DNA from: Octopus vulgaris
Lineage: Eukaryota
Direction of reading: 5' to 3'
Assembly: GCA_951406725.2 (NCBI GenBank)
Contig: OX597830.1
Location: 23,932,001 to 23,996,000 of the forward strand
Length of the DNA: 64,000 nucleotides
Under the pieces are notes generated by a model. It was not told the DNA's origin, ran no database searches, and saw nothing but the letters and a program-made list of their open reading frames with translations. Below, one piece after another: positions 1 through 11,578 of this stretch. The first letter of the stretch is position 1; every line of letters starts with the position of its first letter. Position numbers and translations under genes: made by a program.

Positions 1-1439
1 TCAGTAATTTTGAACTTCTTAATTAATTTGTCGTCGTTGTTTGTAAACAGTGATTGAAAACTTACAGTGAAAATAATAGCGATTGAACTTACAGTGAAAA
101 TAATAGCGTCTGAAAAATGAAAGTGAAAACAACAGAAAGTGAGTGAGATATAGTGAAGGCGGGAGAGAGATAGCTAGATATAGAGAGATAGATACAGATA
201 GATAGATAGATAAATATAGAGACATATATGGATAAATATATATATATAGAGAGATATAGACGTCAATGACGCTAAAAAACCGGAAGTAAATATTTAAAAA
301 ACTTTCAAAGACATGCATCTAATATAAAAAGCAATATTTAAATATTTTTATGACCAATGGATGTAAGGGAGACAATCAACATCTGAAAGTTACTTCGCAA
401 ATAGTTAACTTCCATATCCACATAACCCAGGAAGTGAGGACGCGTTATTCATTATGTGAAAACTTTTAAGAGTCTAAAACCATCCCTGGAACATAAAGAA
501 TGTATGTTCCGCGTTTGGAGAAAATCAGTTGAAACATACGGCCGTTATAATCTTTTACACACACTCACGCACACACAAACACACACACACACACGGGCAT
601 ACACACACACACTGAACGGGATTTATATTACAGATATGTATGTATGCATGTTTGCGTGTGACTATGTGTATGTATTGAAATTCTCTCATGCTAAATTCTC
701 CAGGAAATTGTTCCAAGTGATATCGTTGGTAGGCGACAAAGGAAGAGATAGTTATTGTGGTGGCGGTGATGGCGGCGGCGGGGGCATGACTAATGTTGGT
801 TCTTATAGCAGTAATACTAGCAGCTGCAGCAGTAGACGGAGTAGTAGCAATGTCGCCGTCATAATAGTAGTTGTAGTAACAGTAGAATTAGTAGTTAAAA
901 TCAAAATGGTAGTTGTGGCGCCAGTTTTGTAGATGCACTGATGTCGTATTGATAATGTTGGTGGATGCGACAGTTATATGAGAGTATAGGCTGTGGTAGA
1001 GTTGGTAAAGTAGATATCACTATACAGCAGCGCGACAACTCTGATAGTTGTGCTGCTGTGTAATTTGAACCGTGTTCCTCTGTTTAAAAAGGTCGCTGAT
1101 GAAATAAATACCGCAGCCATATTGGTTATAATCATATTAACTGGAATGAGAAATCTAATAAAGACGGTGAGTACGTTCATATTTCGTTGTTTTCATTTCT
1201 TTCATATGTTGCTGTCGTCGTCACCGTAATTATCTTCATCATCGTCGTCGTCGTCGTCAGCGTCATCATCGCCACCACCACCACCACTAGCAACAGCTCC
1301 ACCATCATCGTAGTCATCAACATCGTCATCGTCATCATCCCGACCACGATCATTTTGATTATGATTTTCATTATCGTCATCAACATCGTGATCTCCATCC
1401 GCATACTGATTACGGCGACGACGATGATGCTGATGATGT

Positions 1440-1471
<32 letters not shown>

Positions 1472-1628
1472 GTGATGGTGGTGATGGAGATGATGATGAC
1501 GTCATCATTATCATGATGATGATAATGACCATCTTCATCATCTTGATCTAAGATGTCATTGTTGTTGTTAATCACTAAAAAATAAAAGAAATTATTACCA
1601 TTATTATTGTTTATTATTATTATTATTA

Positions 1629-1689
<61 letters not shown>

Positions 1690-1739
1690 CATCATCATCA
1701 TCATTATTATTATTATTATTGTTATTGTTGTTGTTGTTG

Positions 1740-1776
<37 letters not shown>

Positions 1777-1902
1777 CATTATTATTGTTATTATTAATGT
1801 TATTATTCTTAATATTATTATTATTCAACATTTGATAGTATCAGGTTAACTTCTACTGCTTCACCTCCGTGTTTCTGAGATATCTGCAATATTGTGCGTT
1901 CC

Positions 1903-1934
<32 letters not shown>

Positions 1935-1989
1935 GGGGATACGAAAACTTCCCATCACTGTATTGCATCAGTTTATTTTGATATAGGGT

Positions 1990-2335
1990 TTTGGTTTCAG
2001 TCTTTTGTTGTATCGTGCCTGTATTGTGCGTTGCGTGTGTCATGCGACTTGTGTTTTTCTGTTGGGTATCCGACCTGTAGAGTTCATGTTGTGGATGTTG
2101 TTCACTTTATTGTATATTTACTGAATATAGAGTGTGTATTATTTCTGTGGATTGTTTTATGTGGGGTGTTTTAATATTGAATTAATAGTGCCTTGTGTAG
2201 GATGAGGGTTGTTTCTAGGAGGGCAATTCTTTTTTTATAGTGTGTAGTGTTGATAGCCCCTGGTAATTTGTTAGGCACTCAGCCAGCCCTGCATCTCGAT
2301 TAACTATAAAAAGAGCGTTGGACAAGATACCTGGT
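1990..2335 (-). mobile_element. Decayed 3' end of an R4/Dong-clade non-LTR retrotransposon
   Basis: Minus strand reads approximately ...KLPGAINTTHYKK-RIALLETTLILHKALL, similar to the Dong C-terminus QKIALLGTAHILRRTL at 19647-19862. The 3' end faces the simple-repeat block at 1600-1830. Boundaries approximate. Confidence 0.5.
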
Positions 2336-2637
2336 AGTAATTTGATAATTTGACATATTCTCTGTATGTTGGGTTTAAATCTCACATAGGATCATTTTGC
2401 CGTTTTATTTTGCAGACCTCCATTAAACACAGAAGAACGATTGAGAATCTAGCAAGTTGCTCGACTTCCCAGAAACGTTAACCAAAATTTCTTCTAATTG
2501 CACTTGACAGTTTTAGATAAAGACGGCTACACTGATACGTAGGTCGATTTTTATTTGTGTTTATATCTATCCATATGTGTGTGTGTGCGTGTGTGTATGT
2601 ATGTATATATGTGTCCATCTATCTATCTAATTGTGTG

Positions 2638-2721
<84 letters not shown>

Positions 2722-2724
<3 letters not shown>

Positions 2725-3943
2725 ATTGATTGATTGATTCTAGTTTCAGCTTATGAGCTGTGGCCATGCTGGGGCACCGCCATTTGGTGTTGCTACTTGG
2801 TTTCACTTCATGGAGGCTTTCTAGCAACTGCTATTTGGTGCATGAGAGAGTTCGATGCAGCTGCCCTCATCTGCCCCTCCTGCCGTGAAGTTGGTTCATC
2901 TGGGACACCTGACAGGAAGAGATCCAGCTTCATTTTAAAGACATCTGTATCCACCCCATGCAGGTCTCTCAGGTTCTTCGGGAGGATATTGAAGAGCTGT
3001 GGGCCTCGGAAGCCCAGGCTATCACAGAATCTTGTCCTACATCTTGATGGCAGGTTTGGAGTCCTAGGCACCACGCAGTGGCGCCCAGTTCTGGCATTTG
3101 CGTAACTCTCGATGCCAAAGTTCAGGACACTTCCCTCCAGGATCTTCCAGATGTATATTATGGCATATCTTTCCCGCCTACGCTCCAGGGAATATAATTT
3201 TAATCTCTTGAGTCTTTCCCAGTAGCTTACATTCTGCATAGAGGCTATCTTCTTTGTGTAGCTTCGTTGGATCGCCTCAAGTTCTGTGATCAACTTGACA
3301 CTGGATGGTGACCATAGCTGAGAGCAATAGTCAAAGTGGCTTAGGACAAGTGTCTTCCAGAGGACCATCATGGTTTCTTGTTCTCTTGTTCTAAAGGTTC
3401 TAAGAATCCATCCAGCCAGCCGTCTACATTTCATTGTCAGTTTAGCAACATGTACATGAAAGGTCGCGTCATCACTCATGTGAATACCCAGGTCACGCAC
3501 TGATTGTGCCTCTGGGATTGCAATCCCTCCGGGTCCAGTGTATTCATTGGGTATTGCATTCAGTTTTGCATGCTGATAGTATAAAGCTTGAAACTTTCCA
3601 GCATTGAACTGCATGCTATTCTTTTCAGCCCACTTGTATATTTCGTCCAGCTCACATTGCAGGTGTTTAATGTCCTCAGGGTTCTGTATTGCCTTTGAGA
3701 CTTTTGTATCATCTGCATAACTTGTGATCGTGGCTCTCTGCGTGGCTGAGGGCATGTCTGAGAGGGCCATTATGAACAGTAGTGGTCCCAGAACAGTGCC
3801 CTGCGGAACACCGCTCACTATTTGTGTGTTAATGGAGGTGGCCCCATTGGCTACTACCACCTGACTTCTATCCTTCAGAAAGTCATGAAGCCATTCTCCC
3901 AGTTTTCCAACTATGTTGAGATCACGCAGTTTGTGACATATCA
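2722..3943 (-). mobile_element. 5'-truncated CR1/L2-group LINE: RT C-terminal half, short 3' UTR, (AATC)n tail
   Basis: Stop-free frame with SGVPQGTVLGPLLF, YADDTK, RDLGI, DYCSQLWSP and LYSLERRRER motifs. (ATTG)n tail at 2721-2738. (TA)n flanks both ends. Confidence 0.93.
2808..3943 (-). pseudogene. LINE ORF2 reverse transcriptase fragment (open frame, no authentic start)
   Basis: ORF 2808..4022 in the track. The N-terminal ~26 aa are read-through of unrelated flank and (TA)n; homology starts near ICHKLRDLNIVGKLGEWLHDFL. Confidence 0.88.
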
Positions 3944-3956
3944 TATATATATATAT

Positions 3957-4098
3957 CAAAAGGTAATCAGAAATATTTGAAATTCCCATTACCAGTGGCC
4001 TAGCGTGTAAAAATTTAGTCAATAGACTATATATTATTCATACAAATACAGTGTACATTTAAAGACATAAGAAGCAAGTAATCCTATCATGGATGTCT

Positions 4099-4102
<4 letters not shown>
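3957..4102 (-). mobile_element. Short (TA)n-embedded repeat fragment, same family as 55210-55341 (probable PLE-related terminus)
   Basis: Reverse complement matches 55240-55341 (tgtacactgtatt...gaataatatatagtctattgactaa...cgctaggccactggta). Flanked by (TA)n on both sides. Confidence 0.65.
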
Positions 4103-4173
<71 letters not shown>

Positions 4174-4318
4174 ATATGTATATATAGATACTAATCCTCA
4201 GAAACGAAGAACAAACACAAGAAAAAAACAACAACGCAAAGACATGGTACATGCAAAGTATCAACAGTTGCTCAGGGAAAGAAAGAAAGGTGGTTTTACG
4301 TTTTGAGTAAAGCTTTTT

Positions 4319-4404
<86 letters not shown>

Positions 4405-4418
4405 CAAACAGACAGACG

Positions 4419-4478
<60 letters not shown>

Positions 4479-4481
4479 CAC

Positions 4482-4870
4482 GTCTTTTATCTCTTACATT
4501 TGACGGTGACTATGCCGTAGCACCACCTTGAAGGGTTTTAGTCGAACAGATCGACCCCAGGACCTTTTTTGAAGCCTACTACTTATTCTACCCGTCTCTC
4601 TCACCGAACTGCCAAGTTACGGGGACGTAAACAGACCGACACCGGTTGCCAAGCAGTGATGGTGGGGATATTAAGACACACACATGCACACACACACACA
4701 CACACACACACGGACACACACACAGACGACCAGCTTCTTTTAGTGTCCGTTTACCGAATTCACTCACAGGTCCTTGGCTATAGAAAAAGACACTTACTCC
4801 AGGTGCCATGCCGTGAGGCTGAACCCGGAACCTGGTATTTGGTAAGATTTTTTTTCTTACCACACGGCTT
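4482..4870 (-). mobile_element. Diverged copy of tRNA-headed SINE family A (octopus OK-like)
   Basis: Matches family A blocks: gaccccaggac, ccgaactgccaagttacggggacgtaaac, internal (CA)n, aggtgccatgccgtgaggctgaacccggaacc. Confidence 0.8.
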
Positions 4871-5416
4871 CGGTAAAAAAGAAAAAGTAAATTTGGATAA
4901 AAAAACTTGAAGCCTGCCCGTGAGATATGAGCACATATTTTCTGGAAACAGTCTTCGGACAATCTTCGAATTTTTCGGTCTAAAAGGGCTTTCTTTTAAC
5001 TTAATACTCACCTGCTATGATTTATAGCTCTATGTGCTTCGAGTTTCACCATTCAAAAGAAAAACAGAAGAAAAAGTAAAAGGTATTATTTGACGTTCGC
5101 TGGAAATTTAAAAATTCTTGCGACGTAGTTGAGTTTAAAAGATGTGTAAAAGAAGAAGACAGAAAGGCGACAAGGAAGGAAGGAGGAGAGAATGAATGAA
5201 AGAAGGAAGAGAAAAGAAGAAAAAATGAGGGAAGGACACTTGGTGATTGACTGCAGTGATTGATGCGAAGCTGGTCTGAAGGAAAATGTCGATTTAATTG
5301 AGCGATTGGCTTCAGTGGGAGCGCTAGCGTTCTTATCAGTTCTTATTTGGCCGTTAATACGGTGTTTTTAAACTCGGATAGATATATACACACATATATG
5401 CATGCATGCATACATT

Positions 5417-5450
<34 letters not shown>

Positions 5451-5496
5451 TATATGTGTATGCTTACATGTATATATGTGTGTGTATTTATATATG

Positions 5497-5602
<106 letters not shown>

Positions 5603-6526
5603 TATATATACTTATATTTATATTTATGTATATACATATATATATATGATTACATGTATACGTGTGTGTACCTGTGTAGATATATATATATATATACATA
5701 TATAAATATATATATACATATATATATATGTATATATATATACATACATACATACATACATACATACATACTTATTGTTATGTGTACCTGCGCGCGCGTG
5801 TGTTTTCACAAAATAAACAACGGCTAACAGGCGAATAAATCTCCGCCGCAAATGCTCAAATGGCTGACTGACAAGAATAATCGGAGAAATATGGATGAAA
5901 TACTTATTTAAAGCTTATCTCACACCACCACCACCACCCTCCAGTCCCCCTCACTCTCAACTAAAAACAAGTAATAATATTGTTATGGAAGCATAGTAGG
6001 ACAGGGAGAACATCGGTAACAATCAAATCTAAATCTCCGCAGAGAAGAACATTTATTTCTGCAAATATATTTTTGCTCTAAGATATGATAAATATCCAAG
6101 CACAAAAGATGTTTTATTATCGTTTGCCTTCGTGTTTGCTTAGTGAATTTCTATAAAATGATAAAGAAAAACCATCAGAGCGAAAAGCAAGTTATAAAAG
6201 AGCTCTTCAAGAACCACTTCAATTCATCCATTTTATTCCGTTCGGATTAAGTCTTCGTAAGGTTTAGGTCAGGCTCGAATTTGATTATAAATCAAGCAGT
6301 AACTATACCTGAAGACATTCCACTGTCTGAAAATCGAACTTGAGGTCATTAAATGTAAATTTTGACCTAAAAATGCTGAAGCGAATGAACGATGTTTTCG
6401 CTCCGGTTTCATGCAAATAGTTTCTTGTAATCGAACATATTCGATCGATTGTTGAGATTAGGTTGGGATTAGGCTGTTAAGTGAACGTCAGTGATTTGTA
6501 GGGTTATAAGGAAAGCAAGACAAATA

Positions 6527-6911
6527 CGGTGATAACCTCGCAGTACGAGTTTTAGTTCTTTCCAAGACTGAGCTCTTCTTACGATTTACTCGTTTTACAA
6601 ATCAATTTTCTCCACTGAAATTAACTAAAATATAATTGATCCGTTCCAGCCCCCAAAACCACTCAAAATTAATTTTTTATGGGTTTTAAAACAGAAAAGG
6701 TGTATGTAAAGGAAAATGACAATTATAAAAAAGAGAATGAAAAAGAAATATGTCAATTGGTTTTATTCACTGAATTAACTTAAAGATGGGACGATTTGTT
6801 TGCTCGCACTGCGGATTTCCGCTCGTACTTCAAGGCAAAAATTTGCAAGAGTCTCGGCTCGTACAGCAAATTACTCGTACAATCATTCACATGTACTGCG
6901 AGGTTCTACTG
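6527..6911. mobile_element. Tigger/pogo-like MITE
   Basis: Imperfect TIRs cggtgataacctcgcagtac / gtactgcgaggttctactg, each flanked by TA. Confidence 0.75.
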
Positions 6912-6975
6912 TATATATATATATATATATATATATATTGGCAAAAACGGTAAGATAGCGTTTTTTCAGATGGCC

Positions 6976-7038
6976 AGATAACCGAAGAGATGGTGTTGTG
7001 GATTTCCACTTCGGCATCTGAAACTCAGAGTTTTATCT
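6976..7038 (+). ncRNA. Minimal type-I hammerhead-like motif, CCGAAGA core
   Basis: Stem I agataa/ttatct; core CCGAAGA; stem II gatg...catc with a 1-nt register offset; GAAA; stem III ACTC-a-GAGT; triplet GUU. Confidence 0.6.
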
Positions 7039-7072
7039 TGACTATTGAGTAAATGTAACATATTAGTTTATA

Positions 7073-7440
7073 TCTCTTATTATAAAAGGCAGATTTTATC
7101 TGCCTCCCTTTGGGAGTTATACAAATCTACAATATAGGATTTCTTCAATTACAATTTACCTAGCAATTTTAAGAGTACAATGCATCGCGTCATGCCAGGT
7201 CCAGTTTTAAAAATTTAAACTCCAATTAAGCAAAATTTACAGAAAACTCACATTCTGGTGTGTGTGTCAAATGCTTTTCTTAGTCTGGTTTACACCACAC
7301 ACAAACGCACACACACAGTGGGCAACGAATAAAATGAAAGTAATTCCCTTACTGTAGTGAGTGATTCTTTCACTCTGCCTCCCACTTCCTGTTTCCACAC
7401 AGACACGCAAATATATAAATAAAATTGTAAGCTAACGTGC
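7073..7440 (+). mobile_element. Possible non-autonomous Helitron 5' portion
   Basis: Starts A|TCTCTTATTATAAAAG, resembling the Helitron 5' end at 8564. No 3' hairpin-CTAG located. Confidence 0.4.
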
Positions 7441-7579
7441 GTGTGTGTGAGTGTGTGTGTGTGTGTGTGCGCGTGTGTGTGTGTGTGAGGGTGCGTGTGT
7501 GTGTGTGTGTGCGTGTGCGTGAGTGTGTGACAGTAAAGTTTTTTACGACGAATATAACACCTATATCCAAGTAGCAGAA

Positions 7580-7847
7580 AGATAAGACAGTAAGGTGTGA
7601 TTTGAGGGAGATTTGGCTGCTATTTCTACCATGGTCTAGCTGCCATGTAGGGGTCTCCCTCATAGGCTCATACATACATATATACATAGATAAGACAGGA
7701 AGGTGTGATTTGGGGGAAATTTGGCTGCTATTTCTACCAGGTCTAGCTACCATGTAGAGGTCCCCCTCATTGGCTCATATATATATACATACATAAGACA
7801 GTAAGGTGTGATTTGAGGGAGATTTGGCTGCTGTTTCTACCAGGTCT
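7580..7847. repeat. About 2.5 tandem copies of a ~105-110 bp unit
   Basis: ataagacag(t/g)aaggtgtgatttg(a/g)ggga(g/a)atttggctgct recurs near 7582, 7690 and 7793. The same gaaatagcagcc motif is dispersed at 46596. Confidence 0.85.
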
Positions 7848-7856
7848 GTTAGGCCT

Positions 7857-8145
7857 TCTTTTATTCTTCTGCTTTTTCCAGCCATTGGTCTGTGGCCATG
7901 CTGGGGCAATGCCTTGAAGAATTGTAGTTTAATGAATCAACTCCAGTTTTATTTTTGTAAGCATTGTACTTATTCTATCTTTATCAAACCACTAGGTGAC
8001 AGGGATGTAAACAAACCAACATTCGTTGTCAAGCAGTGGTGGAGGACAATCACAAGCACAGACACGCACACACACACACATACATGCATACACATATACA
8101 CACATACATACATACATACATATATATATATGTGTGTATATATAT
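7857..8145 (-). mobile_element. 3' half of a diverged SINE family A copy
   Basis: ctgtggccatgctggggca tail motif, ttgtaagc...tacttattctatc, gttgtcaagcagtgg, (CA)n. Confidence 0.7.
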
Positions 8146-8146
8146 A

Positions 8147-8405
8147 TTGCAGCCTGGAAGGTGTTTGTAAGCCATTTAAGAAACACACAAAAACCGTTAC
8201 ATTCACTTCAACATTTAAATTTAATTTGCCAAAATATTTTCGACGCTTTGAGACCGCGACTTGTTCACTGACAAAAATATCGTGCTAACAGGTCGCGGTC
8301 TCAAAGCGACGAAAATATTTTGACAAATTAAATTTAAATGTTGAAGTGAATCTAACGGTTTTTGTGTGTTTCTTAAATGGCTTATAAACACCTTCAACGC
8401 TGCAA
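8147..8405. repeat. Long inverted repeat (~119-bp arms, ~21-bp spacer), probable PLE terminal-repeat foldback
   Basis: 8147-8265 is the reverse complement of 8287-8405 with a few mismatches. Contains a hammerhead-like motif. Confidence 0.92.
8225..8275 (-). ncRNA. Minimal type-I hammerhead-like motif with G3-C8 swapped core (GUGAACA)
   Basis: Minus strand: tttgtca GTGAACA a gtcgc ggtctcaaa gcgtc GAAA ATAT TT tggcaaa. 7-bp stem I and palindromic AATATT stem III. The other IR arm has a perfect stem II (gtcgc/gcgac) and tgacaaa. Confidence 0.6.
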
Positions 8406-8563
8406 CTGTTTTCGTTCCAGCACACGATCTCAGATCAAGTCACTTGCTATGCAAGTACATCTCTGTAACTATATATATATTTATATATATATATGTATAT
8501 TGGTAAAAACAGTAAGATAACAACAGAAAGAAAGAGACCTCAATATTATGTAAATAGAGGAAA

Positions 8564-8960
8564 TCTTTATATATAAAAGTGAGGTTGTGTGTCTGTCTCC
8601 TACGATTTAGATTCCTAACTACTCCCACATTTTGCGGTGCAGTTTAACCAAAACCGGGTATCTTATAGTCGTGATTCATATCGAGACCGTCTGGGTATTA
8701 GCGCGCGTCTACGATGAGTCTACGATTTAAAAAAAAAATTTACCATCAATTTTTCCCATTTTTAATCCATTTTTGACATATATAAGGGAAGTAACTCTCT
8801 AAAATTTATTATTAAATCTCAGAACGTAAAAAGCTACAGTAACACCCCCTCCCCCTTTGTGGTTAGCCATATTGAGATAGCTATTATACTTTACATCTCT
8901 AAAAATGCTTATATAATTATTTCCCTTACAAACCCGAGCAACGCCGGGCGATACTGCTAG
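8564..8960 (+). mobile_element. Non-autonomous Helitron, complete
   Basis: 5' TC (A|TCTTTATATATAAAAG), subterminal hairpin cccg-agcaacgc-cggg (8933-8948), 3' CTAG followed by T. Inserted in an A|T site without TSD. Confidence 0.88.
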
Positions 8961-9006
8961 TATATATATATGTGTGTGTGTGAGAGTGTATGTATATATG
9001 TATGTA

Positions 9007-9640
9007 TAGGTGTTGGATAAAATAATGGAAACACCTAGCATCATGGCATCATAATTTCGAAATATCTACCAAACCGTCAAAAGCTCTATCGTCCACAGCA
9101 CCATGGCTTCGCCTGAAAAAAAGGAACGCTAAGACACCATGGACTCTATGGCATCTGTAGCACATACGTCCCTCCCACTGGGTTTGAGTAAAAGCCATTT
9201 CAAAAACTTCCGTCTTCACTGTCCCATCCTGTATATTATAGTTGGCTCCAACACAAAATCTACGCTTAAGTGGGGATGAAAACTATCGCTCGGAATTTAT
9301 ACTGTCTCTGTCGCTAATGATTACTTTTCGAATAATAATATCCCTGGCATCTCTCATGCTAGGCTTGCCACGTTTGCAAAAGAATATTTAACTGATACGA
9401 CTGTTTAATGTTTAATGGACTCTTTAGTGGTTCTCTATCAACAATAAGCCCAGATAGAACACTTCAGGAAAACAGACACGCCCAAAACAGCTACAAAACC
9501 ACAACTAAATATTTGGCATTTTTTCACAGCAACATTAAACTCACGCAGTGGATTCTTTCAGAAAACAGTGGATTTCAACCTTTAGTTCTTTAGAATTTAG
9601 AATTTCTGTTGACTAGGACAGACTTCTTAGATATTTCCTT
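9007..9640. mobile_element. Decayed Tc1-like DNA transposon fragment (one TIR)
   Basis: taggtgttggataaaataatggaaacacc resembles Tc1-type TIRs. The matching TIR was not found and the right boundary is uncertain. Confidence 0.4.
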
Positions 9641-9654
9641 CCAATTTCTTTATA

Positions 9655-9813
9655 GGCGTAGGAGTGGCTGTGTAGTAAGTAGCCTGCTTACCAACACCAT
9701 TTTTCCTGGTTCAGTCCTACTGCGTGGCACCTTGGGCAAGTGGATTCTACTATAGCCTCGGGCCGACCAAAGCCTTGTGAGTGGATTTGGTAGACGGAAA
9801 GAAGCCCGTCGTA

Positions 9814-9880
<67 letters not shown>

Positions 9881-10150
9881 ATATGTATGCATGTTTTTAT
9901 GTATGTATGTATGTATGTATGTATGTATGTATGTATGTATGCTGTATGTATGTATATATGTATGTATGTGTGTGTGTGTTTGTGTGTCTGTGTTTGTCCC
10001 CCGACATCGCTTGACAACCGATGCTGGTGTGTTTACGTCCCCGTAACTTAGCAGTTCGGCAAAAGAGACCGATAGAATAAGTAGTAGGCTTACAAAGAAT
10101 AAGTCCTGGCGGCGATTTCTACAAATAACTGAAGCAAGTAAAAGAGTAAA
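9655..10150 (+). mobile_element. SINE family A, near full length, deletion in tail
   Basis: tRNA-like head with A box (tggctgtgtagtaa) and B box (ggttcagtcc), internal (TA)n/(TATG)n/(TG)n, tail ending aagtaaaagagta. Confidence 0.92.
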
Positions 10151-10203
10151 TAATAAATCAAATGAAGAAAGTTTCTATCAACGCAGAGAAAATAGTTGAA
10201 AAA

Positions 10204-10244
10204 CCTTTAAATATTTCGAGCACAAAGGCCCGTCTTCAGGAGAG
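10204..10244 (-). ncRNA. Degenerate hammerhead-like motif, canonical CUGAAGA core
   Basis: Minus strand: ctc CTGAAGA c gggc ctttgt gctc GAAA TATT. Stem II present, stem I poorly paired. Confidence 0.35.
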
Positions 10245-10587
10245 TTCAGTCAAAGTAACGTGTGTGTACGTACATTCCACGTGACCCCGTTTTACTTCAG
10301 TGTTTGTGCTAGTAGCAGCGGCTTCTCAAATGATGGAGTTATTAGTGCCGTAGAGGTGACAGTCGGGACGGTACTGGAAGACCGGCAGTAGGCTGGCGGC
10401 AATGGTGGTAAATGCCATGATAGTAGTCGGTGGTTATAGAAAAAATGGTAAATGCCGTGGTGGTAATCGGTGATGGCATCGTCAAATGACGGAAGGAACT
10501 ATCATGTTTCAGGTTTCTTATTCAGGGACCTTTGAACAGGAGGATGGGCTACTCAACCTGAAGAAAATTCTAATTGGGCCCACATGG

Positions 10588-11284
10588 TGAATCAACAGAA
10601 CTGTCATTATTGGGATGTTTAAGATGTGAGAGAACTGCACGAAAGCTCACTGCACAGTCCAAAAGTGACGGTCTGGCGTACTGTTGGAAAAGCTGCCATC
10701 ATTGGTCCTTACTTTTTTTAATACAATAATGGAAATGATGTTACTGTGAACTCCGAGCGTTACATCGAGATGATAAACAACTTCTTTGTGCCTGAATTAC
10801 GACGAAAACGCATCCCTATTCAACGTGTGTGGTTTCAGCAACATGGGGTGACGGCCAACAAGCCAGAGCCTCAATGGACGTTCTTCGCCTTTTCTTTGGT
10901 GACCTCCTCATTTCCAGGTTTGCTGACATTTCTTGGCCACTTCGATCCCCTGATTTATCCATGTGTTATTATTTCTTGTGAGCAAATCCCAAGGCACGTG
11001 TGTAAGCGTATAAGCCCCTTACATTTGGACGATTTGAAGTAAGTTATTCGCGTGGAAGTCGCCCAAATCGACACATCAATGCTGGAGAGAGTGGAGGCCA
11101 ACTTCCAAGAACGCCTTCAGAAATGCATCAATGAGAACGGACACCACATGATGGATGTTGTTTTTCCCACTTGCTTTTGACAAATGCTAATTCAATACGA
11201 ACACATCTATGTCAATACAATTTGTTCGCTGCTAAAATTAATGATTTTGTGAATTTTTCAAACACGCCCGTCTTCTCTGACCAA

Positions 11285-11285
<1 letters not shown>
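10588..11285 (+). mobile_element. Tc1/mariner-superfamily transposase pseudogene fragment (DDE-domain region to C-terminus)
   Basis: Frames read NQQNCHYW..LHSPKVTVW..IIGPYFF..VNSERYIEMINNFFVPEL..VWFQQHG and a C-terminal NFQERLQKCINENGHHM, with stops and frameshifts. Confidence 0.85.
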
Positions 11286-11320
<35 letters not shown>

Positions 11321-11483
11321 GCATACACGCACATAATGACAGAGATAGAGATAGACAGACAGGCACACGGACAGAGAAACAGCGAGAGGCGAGAAAAAGA
11401 CAGATGGATATGTAGATAGATCGTGACTCAGAGACTACACATATACATTTATGTATATACGTGTGTGTATTCATATATATAAG

Positions 11484-11543
<60 letters not shown>

Positions 11544-11544
11544 C

Positions 11545-11578
<34 letters not shown>

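Noticed and set aside
52-109. ~28-bp direct repeat as a regulatory element
   Set aside because: Simple two-copy slippage duplication with no further support.
1177-1849. Poly-I/M/N/L ORFs, and similar ones at 12042-12397, 16772-17795 and 22851-23265
   Set aside because: Translations of (TAT)n, (CAT)n and (TTC)n microsatellites with no protein signal.
3944-4022. N-terminal extension of the 404-aa RT ORF as a real start
   Set aside because: It runs through (TA)n into an unrelated repeat; the LINE is simply 5'-truncated.
7580-7847. CRISPR-like repeat-spacer array
   Set aside because: Whole units are repeated with no unique spacers, and the context is eukaryotic with no cas genes.
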